A DNA stretch of 62,818 nt, counting the filler, from Sphaeroforma arctica JP610 (Eukaryota), in NCBI RefSeq assembly GCF_001186125.1. It is 8 parts of 3 records of this genome, joined end to end, with 100 filler letters (N's around TTAATTAATTAA, not from the genome) between each part and the next. Parts side by side here need not be neighbours in the genome. Positions count along the whole stretch, not along the records: positions 1 to 23,236 come from NW_014040527.1; 7 more parts are not named here. One strand, written 5' to 3'. The notes beneath the pieces are model-generated. The model was given only the letters and a program-made list of their open reading frames with translations. It was not told where the DNA came from and ran no database searches. The position numbers were made by a program, and so were the translations under genes. Positions within the stretch are counted from its first letter, which is position 1. Each line of letters starts with the position of its first letter. Below are positions 1-13,800 of this stretch, piece after piece.

Positions 1-339
1 GGTATGATGTTCTGCTTGTTTGCATATGTTCACTAGTACAGGTACATGCTGATATATACTCACATATGTACATATTGGTGTGTGCTCAATACTAATGTAT
101 ATAGTGCTAGGTTGCTATTATACGGATGCATGGAATGTCTGATTTTTTATATGGTTTTTCATTGTATATCCCTAATATATCTCTGCCTATACATTACCAC
201 AACCGGCACAGCCAGTGACCTTGTAAGCAAGCTCCCAACAATGACTTAGAGTGTAAAAGACTAATACCCAAAATACCACAATTTTGTATATTTTTTTGCT
301 AATGTGCACCCTCACATGTGCACACCGATATAAAAAGCG

Positions 340-630
340 TCTGAGTTGCTCGTAGTCATTCAATGTATATTCCTTATACATGTCTTGTGCATTACTAGTA
401 TACATATTGTATTTTCTTTATTCAATCTTGTAGATTCCCAATACGTATTTTGTATATTCTTAATACATATCTTGTATTTTCTCATTACTTTTTATTTATT
501 TATTCCTAATACATATTTTGTATATTCCTAATAAATATCTTGTATATTTCTAATACATATCCTGTATTTTCCTAATAAATTCCGTGTGAAATCCTGTATA
601 TTCCTAGTATATATCTTGTATTTTCCTAAC
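340..630. repeat. Degenerate intronic minisatellite (~28-30 bp; tatattcctaatacatatcttgtattttc-like)
   Basis: Repeated cctaatacatatcttgtatttt variants just upstream of the 661 acceptor. Confidence 0.75.
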
Positions 631-661
631 TCAAGTCTGTCTTGACTCGTTCTTGCAACAG

Positions 662-784
662 CCGGGTCAACCAGTCGCCTTCCAACAGCAAACTCCCAGT
701 AGTGTATATCCCCCCGGGTATAGCGGCCAACAGGCTCCCCCTGGCCCATACCAACCTTATCAATACACTCCCAACCACCGCTGA
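662..784 (+). CDS. Terminal exon of an upstream gene; P/Q/G/Y-rich low-complexity tail
   Basis: Window opens with donor-like g|gtatga (pos 2). Acceptor ...ttgcaacag at 661, then PGQPVAFQQQTPSSVYPPGYSGQQAPPGPYQPYQYTPNHR-stop (TGA 782-784). GC-rich island in AT-rich intron sequence. Confidence 0.55.
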   Translation, partial: PGQPVAFQQQTPSSVYPPGYSGQQAPPGPYQPYQYTPNHR

Positions 785-1314
785 TAAGTGAGAGATCAAC
801 TGGACCGTTATGATCAGTCATCCCGAGATACCATCAATCCCAACCACCGCCGAGTATTGAGAGGTATCCTATTTTACAAGTACGTATCTAAGTCACTCTG
901 CAATCCAATCCCAAAGAACGTGGAGACGTATTAAACTCTTACCACTACCGTGTATAGTCGTTAGAGCTCTGAGATATTTGGGTTGGGTTCGGGCGTTTAT
1001 CGACGAGTCTAACGATGACTTGGCCAAATTCATAGTATTTGAGGCGAACAAGCACCACCAGATTGGGAGTGCGAACTGTCGCCTTCGCTCTATTGAAGGA
1101 TTGTATTGTTCCATTACTAGGGGCTTGGTTGGGAACACTCTTTATCTCGTTGTTCTAACTATGGCAATAGTCGGGAGAACGCAGCGTTAGTGTGTATCGA
1201 TTTGTTCGCTGGCAAAAGCAGGGAGTATTGTCTTGTTCTATGCAGTCCAATATACACAATATATATTATTCTCATATCCAATATATACCTTTGCCATAGC
1301 GTATGAAGTATCCA

Positions 1315-1500
1315 ACACCTATTAGTTATTTTATGGGATTAGCTGGTTGGTCCAATTGGGTCCACCCCCCAACAGTTATTATATGGGGTAAGCTGGATGG
1401 TCCAATTGAGTCCACCCCCTATGAGTTATTGTAAGGGGTTAGCTGGATGGTCCAATTGAGTCCACCCCACATTAGTTATTATAAGAGGTTAGCTGGATGT
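1315..1500. repeat. Tandem repeat, ~50-53 bp x ~4
   Basis: agttatt...ggggttagctggatggtccaattgagtccacccc repeated. Confidence 0.85.
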
Positions 1501-1955
1501 GGCCCTGTGGTGGAGGAGAGGGGGCGGTGGGCGGAAAGGATTGGAAATGTAAATCGGGACCAGACCATACTCAAAAACTCATAAGTATCGGTGCTGAAAA
1601 CACGAAGAAGGCTAGAAATTTGGACCATTCCATACCCAAAAACTAGTACGTATTGGGGTTATAAACACGAAGGAAGGTAGATATAATTCAGGTATCCACC
1701 CCTCTATAGTCTGTCCCTCGTTTTCTTAAACGCAGTACAATCGGGAAGACTTATTTCGCACTGAAAACCTGGGAGACTTCCAGAGGGTCCTGGTCAAACT
1801 TGATACAGCTAGTTAACCTTGCTAGAAATCACTGTGGTGTTCTTAGGTCTCTTGCACTGTTGTATATTTTATTTATTTCTAATTATTCGCCACGAAGCGC
1901 CTTCGTCTGGCGCATACAAAGAACACCCTCCGCAACCACCAGGATTTTCAGGGCC

Positions 1956-4900
1956 TTAAGCGGACCAAAAAAACTCCATGAAGTCCAGGATCGGTCCCAA
2001 AAATTTGGACAGGACAGCCGCTTCCCCAGTCGAGCCGAAGGCATACCCACACCGGTACATACCACCGTGGAATTGACCGTCATTGAACAGGTCCCATGGG
2101 TGTGCCAGCTTCTTGTCCTTGTGCGCGTTGCACTCCTTGTTGTTCACATCGTTGATCAGCAACGCACACATGACGGCGTTGGACGTCTCCTGTTGCATGA
2201 TCTCAACAGGTCGGAAACGATGGTACCCGTCCATAGCCCATTTGAGCGACTTGGAGTACAGGACAGATGCGGTGGCTGTGGTGGGGGCGACGTTGGATGA
2301 CACACCATGGCCGCGGGTTCTGGATTAAGGATTACAAGGATGTACATAGTGTGGGAATATAAGTTAAGACGCATGATATTTTGTGGTGATATGTGTTCTG
2401 GATCTGAGATACAGAGCGCGTAGGGATAGGTTGCAGTTACATGGTAATGTGCATGAAAGACTGATGCGAGTTCTGGATCAAGGATGTATTATATATAGGG
2501 TTATGTACATTTATTTTGTACTATGTAATTGTATATAATTCTAGTTGAAGATGCATGAAACATGATAATGTTGTCTATTTATAATGTATTATATGTATGA
2601 ATACAAATTAAGTTGAAGACACACATGATAGACTATCGTGCTTGTGAGATGGGTTAAAGTGTGAACTGTGTGGCGCGTGGGGCGTAGGAGTGAAGAATGA
2701 TATAAAGCATTTGCGTGCCATATGCTGGAGTACGGACAATTTACTTCAATGCAAATAATCCTGCAATTCTGATTCGCATATGCTGATCAGTTGTGATGTA
2801 GTTTAAACCAAACGAAAGAATCTGTGCAGAGGTTGTGTGATAGTTCCGAAGTATCGGGGATGCCAAGACACACTCTATACGTGAATTGAATAAGTGCACT
2901 ATAGACATGCAATTTTATCCATCCACTCGGAAAGGCGTCGGCGTACTAGTTATGATATATAAATATATATGGCAAGAGATGCTTGACTGATCAAACGCTA
3001 CTACGACAAGTATTCACCAACACAGTGTTAAACAGTACACTGCTCATTTACATACGCTACTACGATATAGGTAGAACCAACACAACCAATGTACATGAAA
3101 TCATGCAGTGATATACAACATATCTACCAGTTACTTACACCATTAAGGTATAGTATTTACCAATACTACCACTGTATTTGCAATAATGCAGTGTTATACA
3201 ACATACTTCTCCACTACTGCACGCCACACTTGGATCTGTTTGGCGAGGGCGTAGTTGGGTCCCTGCGTCAGAGACAGCGAGTCGATGATGTTCACGGGCT
3301 CGCCATGCACGTCCGTGTATACCTTCAGAGCGGTCTGTACAGTAAAGATAAGAGGTAGGTATAAGACGGTATGCAATGCAATGGCACTATCAGGTATGAA
3401 AGATTGACTTACATATCCAATGGAGGTTGGGTTGGTTCATTGGCTTGTTGGTGAGTACTTGCTGATGGAAATAGAGATAAATTCAGACGAATAACCCAAA
3501 CGATGATACCATCCTAGACACGCACTCGCCCTGTACTTATACTTACGCACACGCCCGTACTGATATACAAACTGGCATTCTCCTACATAATATAGTGTTG
3601 TAAACTCACCGCACACACTCCGCCTACGCTAGCTATTATATATATAGTTGTGAGAGCAAGGTACACACAGTACAGGTATAAATCCTAGCATGTATCTAAT
3701 AGTGATAGCAACACTCATATAAATAGAACAATATAAAACATATAAAAAAGAGTACTTTCAATATGCTTATTTAAATACCATTGAAGCACAATAGACAGAC
3801 AATACAAGCAATATATACATACAATTGAAACAGCATATACATACAAAAAATGCTATACAATCAAATGGATATTTACATAAATATGTTTTAACGAATATAT
3901 ACATACAAATATAGCATTATATACATACAATAAGAGCAATAAATACATACAATCAAAGTCAGATATACGTGCAACTAAAGCAACTATACACGCAAATAAA
4001 GCAGTATACACTTACCGAAGGCTGGCACAGCTTTCCGCCCGAGACGAAGTTCAAGAAGTGGAAGAAGTTGTTATACGCACCTCCGGCACTGTACTGCACG
4101 CGTGAAGCCTGGGCCGTCTCCTCCTGGCAACCGTAGATGTGTGTAGGAGTCATCAGATACGCCGCAGAAGCCTCGGGTCGCTTCTCACACACACCGGCAA
4201 TGATAGCGTCCATAGCCAGCGACACGCGCACGTGCAGCTCTCCGTCTAGATATGCGTACGCGCCGATGATAAAGGCCTTGCTCGGGTGGACGTTGATCAG
4301 CCAGTTCTTGATCTCCGGCGTTTCGGAGAACAGGTTGCAGCCAGCGTTGGCGAAGAGTTCGGTATCGCTGGTGCACTATGTACAAGTGTGCGGAATGCGT
4401 CTTAAAGTTAGTGAATGATACGTGAATGAAATGCGTCTGAACGTTAGTGAATGATACGTGAATGAAATGCGTCGTATCGTTAGTGAATGATACGTGAATG
4501 AAATGCGTCTGAACGTTAGTGAATGAAATGCGTCGTAACGTTAGTGAATGATACGTGAATGAAATGCGTGGATGATCTTTTATATTGTATTCGCGGAGTT
4601 GTTGTCACTCGATAGAAGTCGTTGCCTTGTGCACATCGGGTGGAGCAATGGGGGGGGGGGGGGGTTGTAGTATTGACGCGGACAAACACGAGACACTTTA
4701 GACAATGAGGTGTGCGCAACTACACTCCTTGTTCATCCCCATCCCTGTAACAAACCAGAGAATAGTTTATCCCTATCACTGTAATAACCACAGATTCGTT
4801 TATCCCTATCCCTGTAAAAACCAGAGACTAGTTTATTTCTATCCCAGTAATAAAGCAGAGATTAGTTTACCTCTATCACTGTAAAAACCAGAGATTAGTT

Positions 4901-7559
4901 GTAAAAAAGAGATTAGTTCATCCCTATCCCTGTAATGACCACAGATTCGTTTATCCTTATCCCTGTATAAACCAGAGACTAGTTTATCCCTATCCCTGTA
5001 AAAACCAGAGATTAGTTCATCCCTATCCCTGTAATGACCACATATTAGTTTATCCCTATCTCAGTAACAACCACAGGTTATCCTCCATGTCAGAGAACAA
5101 ATGTTCCTGTGTCCTAACCTACCCAGTCGATACCCCCATTCTCACTATTCGCCATGATGACCACTAGCTTGTGAAGGTGCGATAAGAGCACACACAGAGG
5201 GCTAGGTTATAAGCGCGAATAATTGCATGCATTTAAAACTCACGTCGGAAGATCTCTTTACTAAAAGGCATATGCGTTAAGTATGAGTGCATGAATATGA
5301 ATATCCTCTATGCGTACAATACCCGTTCCTGCACGTATTGTTATAGTTGTTTGTACGTACCTGAGCCTGGGCTTTCTTAAGCGGGAATGTTATGGTTGCG
5401 TTGCTCTTTCTCACAGTGGTGATCAGGCGCTCCCAAATACCCGGCCTGTCCAGATCCAGGGCAATAATATTGGCACCCAGTTTGGTCAGCGCGATGAACG
5501 GCCCCATTGCACTGCCTGCACCTAGCAGTACAAAATACTTGTCGCTGAGGTCAAGCCACGTCTTCGTGGTTGCGGCAGCCTTGATGTACTCTCCACAATC
5601 TAAACAGATAGAGGAGCAAGTAGATAGCAACATAAAAGTTGTATGAGCACTGGCGTAGTCAGATATATATAGATATACATACATACATACATACATGCAT
5701 ACATACTTTGTAGTGGTATTTGAGACTCAAAGGGCATAAGGACGTGTATATATATGTTCTCATCATCCACTCATCTCAGTCCGACACAGGACTATCAAGT
5801 GAACTCTTTCTCGTAGTTCTATACAATAGAACAACTGCTTATCAATTGTATACATACATGTACACATGCAGAGATACTAAGGCACTCACTCACTCACTCA
5901 CTCATATATATATACATATATATGTATATATACATATATATGTATATATACATATAGATACATCTATATATGTGTGTGTGTGTGCGTGTGTGATATATAT
6001 ACATCTATATCTACGTGTATATGCATATGTATATGTGTCTATTTATTTTTAAATGCTGAAGAACACTCACATATATATATATACAGACATGAAAACCAAA
6101 GGCATATGGGCCAAACACCATTTCTATTTCACCTGAAAGATGTCAACAAGAACACCTATTTACAGGTAGATACAGATATTTCTTCTAGTTGAACGACTTT
6201 CATTTCCCACACACGATATATACAGTTATGTATGTTTACGTCCGTGTGCGCATACCCTCTTCACACACACATGTTCTTGACACACACATGCTCATGCACG
6301 TATACATGTCTATATACGAAAGTCTATATTCTCATATATATGACAGTACGGGACAGGACCATATATATAACATATATATATATATATATTATGCCTCAAT
6401 TGAGTTGTAGCACCCATACCTGGTTCAATGACGCCCTCTAGAACCCACTTATCCACCTGATCGCACAGAGACCGCCCCTTCAACATGCGACCCTTATATG
6501 GGATCTCAAACTCAGTCACTTTCTCACCCCCCTTTTCACCTTTGATGTATCCTGTCTCGAACGAATCCTTGATCGAAGACATGGCCTCGGAGATGCTCAT
6601 GATCTTGTCCCCACGTTTAAACTCGAAGTGGTCATGGACAAAGTCTAGTCCCGCCTGTGCCCCTTTTACGGCGTGTTCCGGGCTCTTTAGGGACAGTTCT
6701 ACGAATTGCATAACATGCTTGGCATAGCCATATCTCCAGCCCTTTTCAGCTGTACAATTGGCTCCATCCCGGATTTCCATTGCGCCGATAGCTGCGGCAT
6801 ATGCCTCTCGACCTAATGTATTATTAGTGTGCGGTTGTTATATTTGTCAGTGAGCCTCTCGGCCGCTTTTAGTTCAGGTAGTAAATTTCAGTTCGTGAGT
6901 ATGCCTAAGAGAAAATTCATAGGTGCATGGATTCCACGAGCTAACATCGCTGATCAAGTTACTTTCGAATCTCTCACAAACAGCATGGTGCAGCAGTCTT
7001 GGATTAATATATTTGAGCGGATTGTGGGGTGGTAATTCGATTAGCCTGCGCATTGTGAGTCATGTAACATAGGCAGCGTCAGCTATGGTCCCAATATTTG
7101 ATAGTTCGGTACGCCGAGTGCACTGCAAGCACTTGTTTTGAGGTCTACTGGTAATATTCGTATCGAGCCGTACTGTACAGAGATCTAGCGGGAGTTTCGT
7201 ATATAACACTACCTTCACTCACCAACCAAACAATTTAACATTTCATAAAACAATGTTATATTGCGAGATGTTAAATTTGTATTAACCCCTGTGAATAGTT
7301 CACAGCGGACACTTCATGACACATAACAGTGCCAACATAACCAAGACAGAACACTAACAATGATTAAGAACACCCGCAGTAATAATCAAGGACACTAAGA
7401 GGAATGACTAAGGACACCCAAAGAAATGACTATTGACAATCAACGAGTAACAGAAACAAGCGTCTTACCTGCATCCTGGGTAGATCGACCACCCTTCCTA
7501 TCCTTGGGGAACAGCACACCCTGAGGGTCAGGTTTATGGGCGCGAGCTTCCTTTGCCAT
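1956..7559 (-). CDS. Uncharacterised 524-aa protein, divergent SDR/Rossmann-fold oxidoreductase-like (6 exons)
   Basis: Exons 7559-7469, 6812-6420, 5599-5361, 4375-4016, 3334-3207, 2319-1956; all introns GT-AG with compatible phases; 1575 nt in total. Begins MAKEARAHKPDPQGVLFPKDRKGGRST. Motifs VLLGAGSAMGP, IIALDLDRP, YLDGELHVRV, YLMTPT, QGPNYALAK, GVSSNVAP, HGGMYR. Confidence 0.85.
4394..4570. repeat. Intronic minisatellite, 36 bp x ~5
   Basis: gaatgaaatgcgtctgaacgttagtgaatgatacgt repeated next to the exon-4 acceptor. Confidence 0.9.
4730..5080. repeat. Intronic minisatellite, ~32-33 bp x ~10
   Basis: ttatccctatccctgtaaaaaccagagattagt variants. Confidence 0.9.
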
Positions 7560-8692
7560 TGTGTTCAAACGTATGTATACTACTATTTCTGTGCAGCTGC
7601 TTCTTGGAATATATGGTGTACCCTCCTCTCGTGTTGGTATATATGACTAACGTGTTTATTTAAATACGACTTTCGTGTGTTGATGTACGACTCCCGTGTG
7701 TGTTTATAGCTTATATACCACAGTCCACAGTCTTCTTTTTTTTTATAGTAGAACGCCATGTATCTTTTACGTAAGTGATACTAAAATGTTGGAGATTTGG
7801 AGAGATGGAGTGCTCCTGCTGATCTTGATTTTCGTTCGTGTCAAAAAGTGACACGCCCATTTTCAAAAATATTTTCTTTTTCTTATAGAAAAAGTATATA
7901 TTTTGTAAAAAATCAAGTTGGGTTCCACATCCTTCGTGGTGATAGGTGCTTTCACAGCATTTTTTTATTATGTTTCTTCCAAATATAGCAGATAGCTCCG
8001 AAGACAGATGTATGCCGGACTGTCGTTTGTCGGACATCACAATGTGCAAAAATACACTGGGACCTGGGTGGCTTATTGGCTAGGTCTGATTAATCATTGT
8101 GGTTAGTGTCAATTTAGTAGTTATGTATGTACACACTGGGGGTCTGGGTTCCGCCGTTCTCTAAAATATTTTTCTCTGAAGAAGTGCGGCGGAATCTTGA
8201 TTAGATTTACAATGTACATTTTTTATACTGTATTTGATTTGTTTCATAGAGGCTATCCCGCCTATGCGCGAGTGGAGAATGACAATAGGTCCCACGCTCA
8301 CGGACTCACGGTTTACACTTTACCGGTTCGTAAATATTTTGATGTCTCGTATAGTCTTATGCACGTGCTGATATATTAATTGTGCTGTCACAAACTATCG
8401 GGCAATAGGTGCACCTTCGTCTTCCCTTGTAGGTATCTTCTAGTAGAAATATGTGGCTCCACATACTGCGCCTCATGTATGCATAACCACCAGAAAACCA
8501 GCTCGAAGAACAGCCCTAACACTTTACATCTCAGGTTGACGTTCAAAGAGTTCATTTTGGAAATATTTTTTTCTTCAAAACTCGATTACAGCGACTACAG
8601 GTGCAACTTATTTAAAGACACACTGACCGTGTGATGAACTAGCAATAAGTCTTCCTGCTCTATTTGCGATATATATATATATATATATATAA

Positions 8693-8738
<46 letters not shown>

Positions 8739-10817
8739 ATAATATATATATAATATATATATATATAATATATATACATATGTATATGTATGTATATATA
8801 ATATATATACATATTTGCCGGTCCTGATACATACAAGTATAGATGACTACTTTAGAACTCACAGGATACACGTATTTGTGGGTATTTACGTTAAAAAACC
8901 ATTCGACAAGCACTGAGCGCCGTTCGGGTGTATTGTGTATACGGGCTCGTGCCACAAATGTGGCGATTTCAATACGTATCACATAATATACGATTAGTTG
9001 GACTGCAATAGCCCGCTTGGTTGTATCAGCGTTGACATGGCACCTGAAACTTAAAGCAGTGGTTCATATCTGTGAACGGTAAATACCGCAAACGTATGAC
9101 AAACACAATGATGGCAAATGCCTTTTTTTTTGGATTGTAGTGCAGAAACAAAGCAAAAATGTATAAATACATAACTATGTGCACATGGCCAAGTGCACAC
9201 AACAAAATAAAGTATACAGGTCGCCAGAGCAAGACATTTTCATTTGGTGTTCTAGAGAGAGACTTCACTGGGTTCAGATCACTATATCGTATACATATTA
9301 AGTTGCTCCGAACAACAACGTGCACCGTCATCACTGGACGGTGTGGGTCTGTGACTTCTTGTGTGAACAGATAGAGTACACATGTCGTTTGTTTTGTCGT
9401 ATTAAAATATAAATAAAATAAATGGCTTGGCACTCTTCTTGTCATCTTGTGGCGGACACATCACCTGGGGACTGTGGGCCTGTGGTTGTGAACTTCTGCT
9501 GAGAACTCTTTAGTGACTGAAGACTGAGAAGAGTGAAGGGACTGTAGTCTGTACAATCTCAAATCTGGCTTCTCACTTCTGAAGTTCTGAGCCCCTGGGG
9601 GCCCGGGGGTACATATAATCTATATATATATATATTTAAAATCGATAAAAATGTCAAACATCTCGCTCCCAGCATCATGTCGGATAACTGTGGCAGAGTA
9701 CTACAAGCCCATTAGCCAAAGGGCCAAGGGTCCTGTTTACCACGATCGAACTATCCACCAATGAAACCCTTATATGAGTGAGTCATATTGGTCTGCAAAG
9801 TTTGGGGAATAAAGTTAGTGTCCTAAAAGTTTAACAGGTTCTGTCGCTTATTCTGTATTTTTTTTTAAAGTTGTAATTCGTTGGAATCGGTAGGAAATAT
9901 TGCCTACCATAGTAAAAACAGCTAATTTTAGTGCAATTTAGCATAGATTTTACGACCTGATGCCAATTTAAATCACCGTATCAAATTGTGAAACCCGATT
10001 ACGAGGTAATTAAATACTAATATGATATTTTGGAGTTGATATTGTCGCCATTTTTTCTTCTTTTTTAGGGAGGGGGCCAGGGGGGCTATGATTTTTTACA
10101 ATAACACAACGAGCATAACAAACTGTTTATCGAAGTGGCGAATGTATTAGGCCAATTACAAGTAACGCCTTGAGAAGCTCCAAGTTTCCATACACAACCA
10201 GGCCTCCTCACATAGACATTCTTCAGATCCGCACACTACACACGGTAAGTGTTTATGCATGCATTTATCTCAGCAGAGGTTGGGACGTCTAGTCCATGGT
10301 ACCACTTATCTGTATTGCTTCGCGTTGCGTTTAGAGTCAGTGTCTGCTGTGTTGTTGTTTAGGTGGATACCAACGAGGTTTAGAGGCCAACCGTTGATAC
10401 CAAAGTTGTGTATTCACAGGTTATGGTACTATACGTATGCAGACAGATGCTATGATACTATTTAAATGTACGCAGGGGATATGATTCTATTATTTGCCTT
10501 CAACATCCACGCGTGAGCGAACTGTTACCTTTGCAACTACTATGCTTGAATGAAGTAGTGGGTTGTGGAATATTTTTCTATTTTGTTCCTTTACTTTATT
10601 TCTTTATTTCAGCAAGCTTGTTATATGCTTTATTTTTTATTGTAGACCATTTACTGACCAGATCCATACAAAAACCTCCTTTAAACCTTATTTTTAGCAA
10701 GCTGACAGACACCACTATTCGCTTCTAATTATCCATTGCAGACCATACAATGTCCACCTAATCGACTTCTCACCAAGCTTACGTCAATATGCGCTACTAA
10801 TTCTTTATTGCAGACCT

Positions 10818-13800
10818 ATGATGACCAGTTCGAATCCCCGAGATCAACCTGTGCACGATGAGGCAAAACTGCTGGATCAGCAGTGGGAGCGTCAGCAGGT
10901 CAAGGTGTGTTATGTGCGATACAAACCGCACAAAGGAGATGAACATTGAGGTAGCGTCGAGTGTCTGGAACCTATCTTCTTCTAGCTAGTTCTAAACTAT
11001 CTCCAAACATTATTACTATTTCTAACCTGAAGAGAGCATGATAATAGATAGATCAAGCACGAAGTTCTAGTTGCCCGCGGTGGAAGTGACAGTTTGCAGC
11101 ACACTGCCGCATAGTATCTCAACACTTCTTGTTTGTACAATCCTATTCTCGAAAATAAGGACAAGAAAAAAAAGACAACGTTTGTACATACGCGAAGCTT
11201 CTGCTTGGCACTAATCAGGACAACTTTGCACATATCTGTGCGTTTAGAACCTATTATGTGAAGCAATCGGCACGAACTTTAGTGCAGGGAAGTGGTGTGT
11301 AGCGATGTATATCGGGGAAGTGATGTGCAGCGGTGTTCTGCACAAAATATGATCTAAAAATCGTAGTCAGGTTTTGCTCTAGTATACCGTCCACGTAGAG
11401 ATGTTCGGATATGGGCTATGGCAATATAGCATTATTTTGCACTAATTCCACACCACAAACTCGATACTTTCGCGATGTTTGTGTGGGTATTTTGACGATT
11501 TGACAATACAGTATATAGCCCAGTGGTGAACCCCACATTCGCAATGATCTTGGCACATGTTCCAGTGCCATTAATTTTGCCACCAGTTTTAAAGTTGGGA
11601 TTTAATTTAATTTCTCAGTATATCTGTTTGTCATCATCCACGTCTTGTTCTCGCGAACGCACAGTCCTTCTCGGCCTGGGTCAACAGTCACCTCACAAAG
11701 GCTGGTATGGCCGTCGAGGACCTAAGCGAAGACTTTAAAGACGGCAAAAAACTCATCAAACTAGTCGAGCTCATTAGTAATGAGCAACTGGCCAAACCCG
11801 AGAAGGGCAAGATGCGTCTGCATCACATCCAGAACCTAAACACGGCGCTCAAGGGCATTGAGGCGAAGAATGTGCGCCTGGTTGGTACCAGTGCCGAGGA
11901 GATTGCGGACGGGAACATGAAGATCATCCTGGGAATGATCTGGGTGTTGATTCTGCGTTTCCAGATTGCCGATATATCCGTTGAGGAAATGTCTGCAAAG
12001 GTAAGTTTCCATGTGCTACAATAGCACGTGGCTATATATTAACGTGTGGTGTGCGATATATGACTGGTTGTACACACAAAACTGCGAACGATCTCCGAAT
12101 ATCATACGGACTTTTCTTATGTCTTAGTGCATGTGAGACTTTGGGAAAGCAAAAAATGTCAGGATTGTGGATATATTGTTTGACAGTGAAAAGAACTGAT
12201 GGTTGACACATCAGTCAATTGTGACCATCACACAGTTAGCAGGAAATATGCAGTATGTGTATTCTTGCAATTACCTAGTTTAGGCCAATTACCTACTTCA
12301 GGCGAGGTAGCATTCGCAATGTGGAGGGTTTGTTCGATGTTCAGCTGAGCATCTACCGCTTTGTAAATGTCCGAATGAAATAGACTCAACAACCTATGAA
12401 TATGTGTTCAACAAACTGTGAACGCCTATGTATGCAATGGTACTTTTTCACACCAGTATTTCGAAAAGCAAGCAATAATTGCTCGCTTTTCGCGTCTTCT
12501 TATGAAGTGAACTCTCAAGATGCCGCGTCTACCTTCTCAAGAGTTAAAAGTTTTGGACATGCTATGTATGCATATGTGCGTGTGGACATGATATTATGAA
12601 TGTAGACGCATGTATATGTGCGTATACTATAAAGGTTGGATTTTGTGTATAGCTGCTCTTGTGAATGTGGGAGTGCCTTTCTATGTCTATACTATAGCAA
12701 CAATATTGTATTTTGATATTTAATACGACTCCTGCTTAATCGTGTGCATACGGTTAGCTACTGTGCATCTGATCATCTGGATGCGTATATGTATAGGTTT
12801 ATTTATTGATGAATTTGCATATGATTATCAGTATTGAGCTCATATATATATATATAGATTATATGTATATTAAGCGTCGGTACTGCTCTAGGGCTGCATT
12901 TACAGTACGTTTGTATATTTTCTGTACATAGTAACCGCTGGTTTCAGATGTCACTTATACGAATACATATATTGCTTCAGTCATTACTATTAGTACTTAC
13001 CTCGCGACAATTACAAACATCAATCACTTCGTGCATTCGATAGTGCCGTTAGCAACGTGTATACATTCAGATTTACACCACAAGTTATCAGGCGCTGCTG
13101 TAGCCGTAGCGTTTATCTGGGTGCAACGATACATGATACGATTTTAGTCAAGGGGGTTTTTTTTGTTGTTTGGTTATAAATACACTTTCTTTCACATCAG
13201 CTGCGCCCTTGCAAATATACAATAGTGGATGTGATATATCTATACATACTTATATATTCACACACATATATATATATATACTCGTATATATATATATGTG
13301 TGTGTGTATTTTTATATATCTGTATACATATATATCCATCTATACATGAAAATTTTCATATTTACAAACACACACATATATATATATATATATATATTGA
13401 TATCTATAGTATGTATACGAATTATCTATACGTATACATATATGTTTGATTGATGTATTATACATGTATCTATTTCTATATATAAGATTGTGTATGATAC
13501 ATAAAATTCATTTATATAAAAAGTACACAGCATGTCGATGGCTTCGTATACATACGTGTCTAGCTTGTATATATAATACACATGTCACAGATCATTCGTA
13601 TAATACTTATGTCTGTGGCTATGTTTGTCACAAAGCATACAGCATGTCTGTGGCTATGTTTGTCACAAAGCATACAACATGTCTGTGACTCTGTTTTCAC
13701 GGTGTCGAAATCTTTGGATGTGTATGTGGCCAGAACGCTCCTGAGGTCTTGGAACCAATATGTCACCACTATATGTATATTTTCTCCAGAGTTGGGATAT

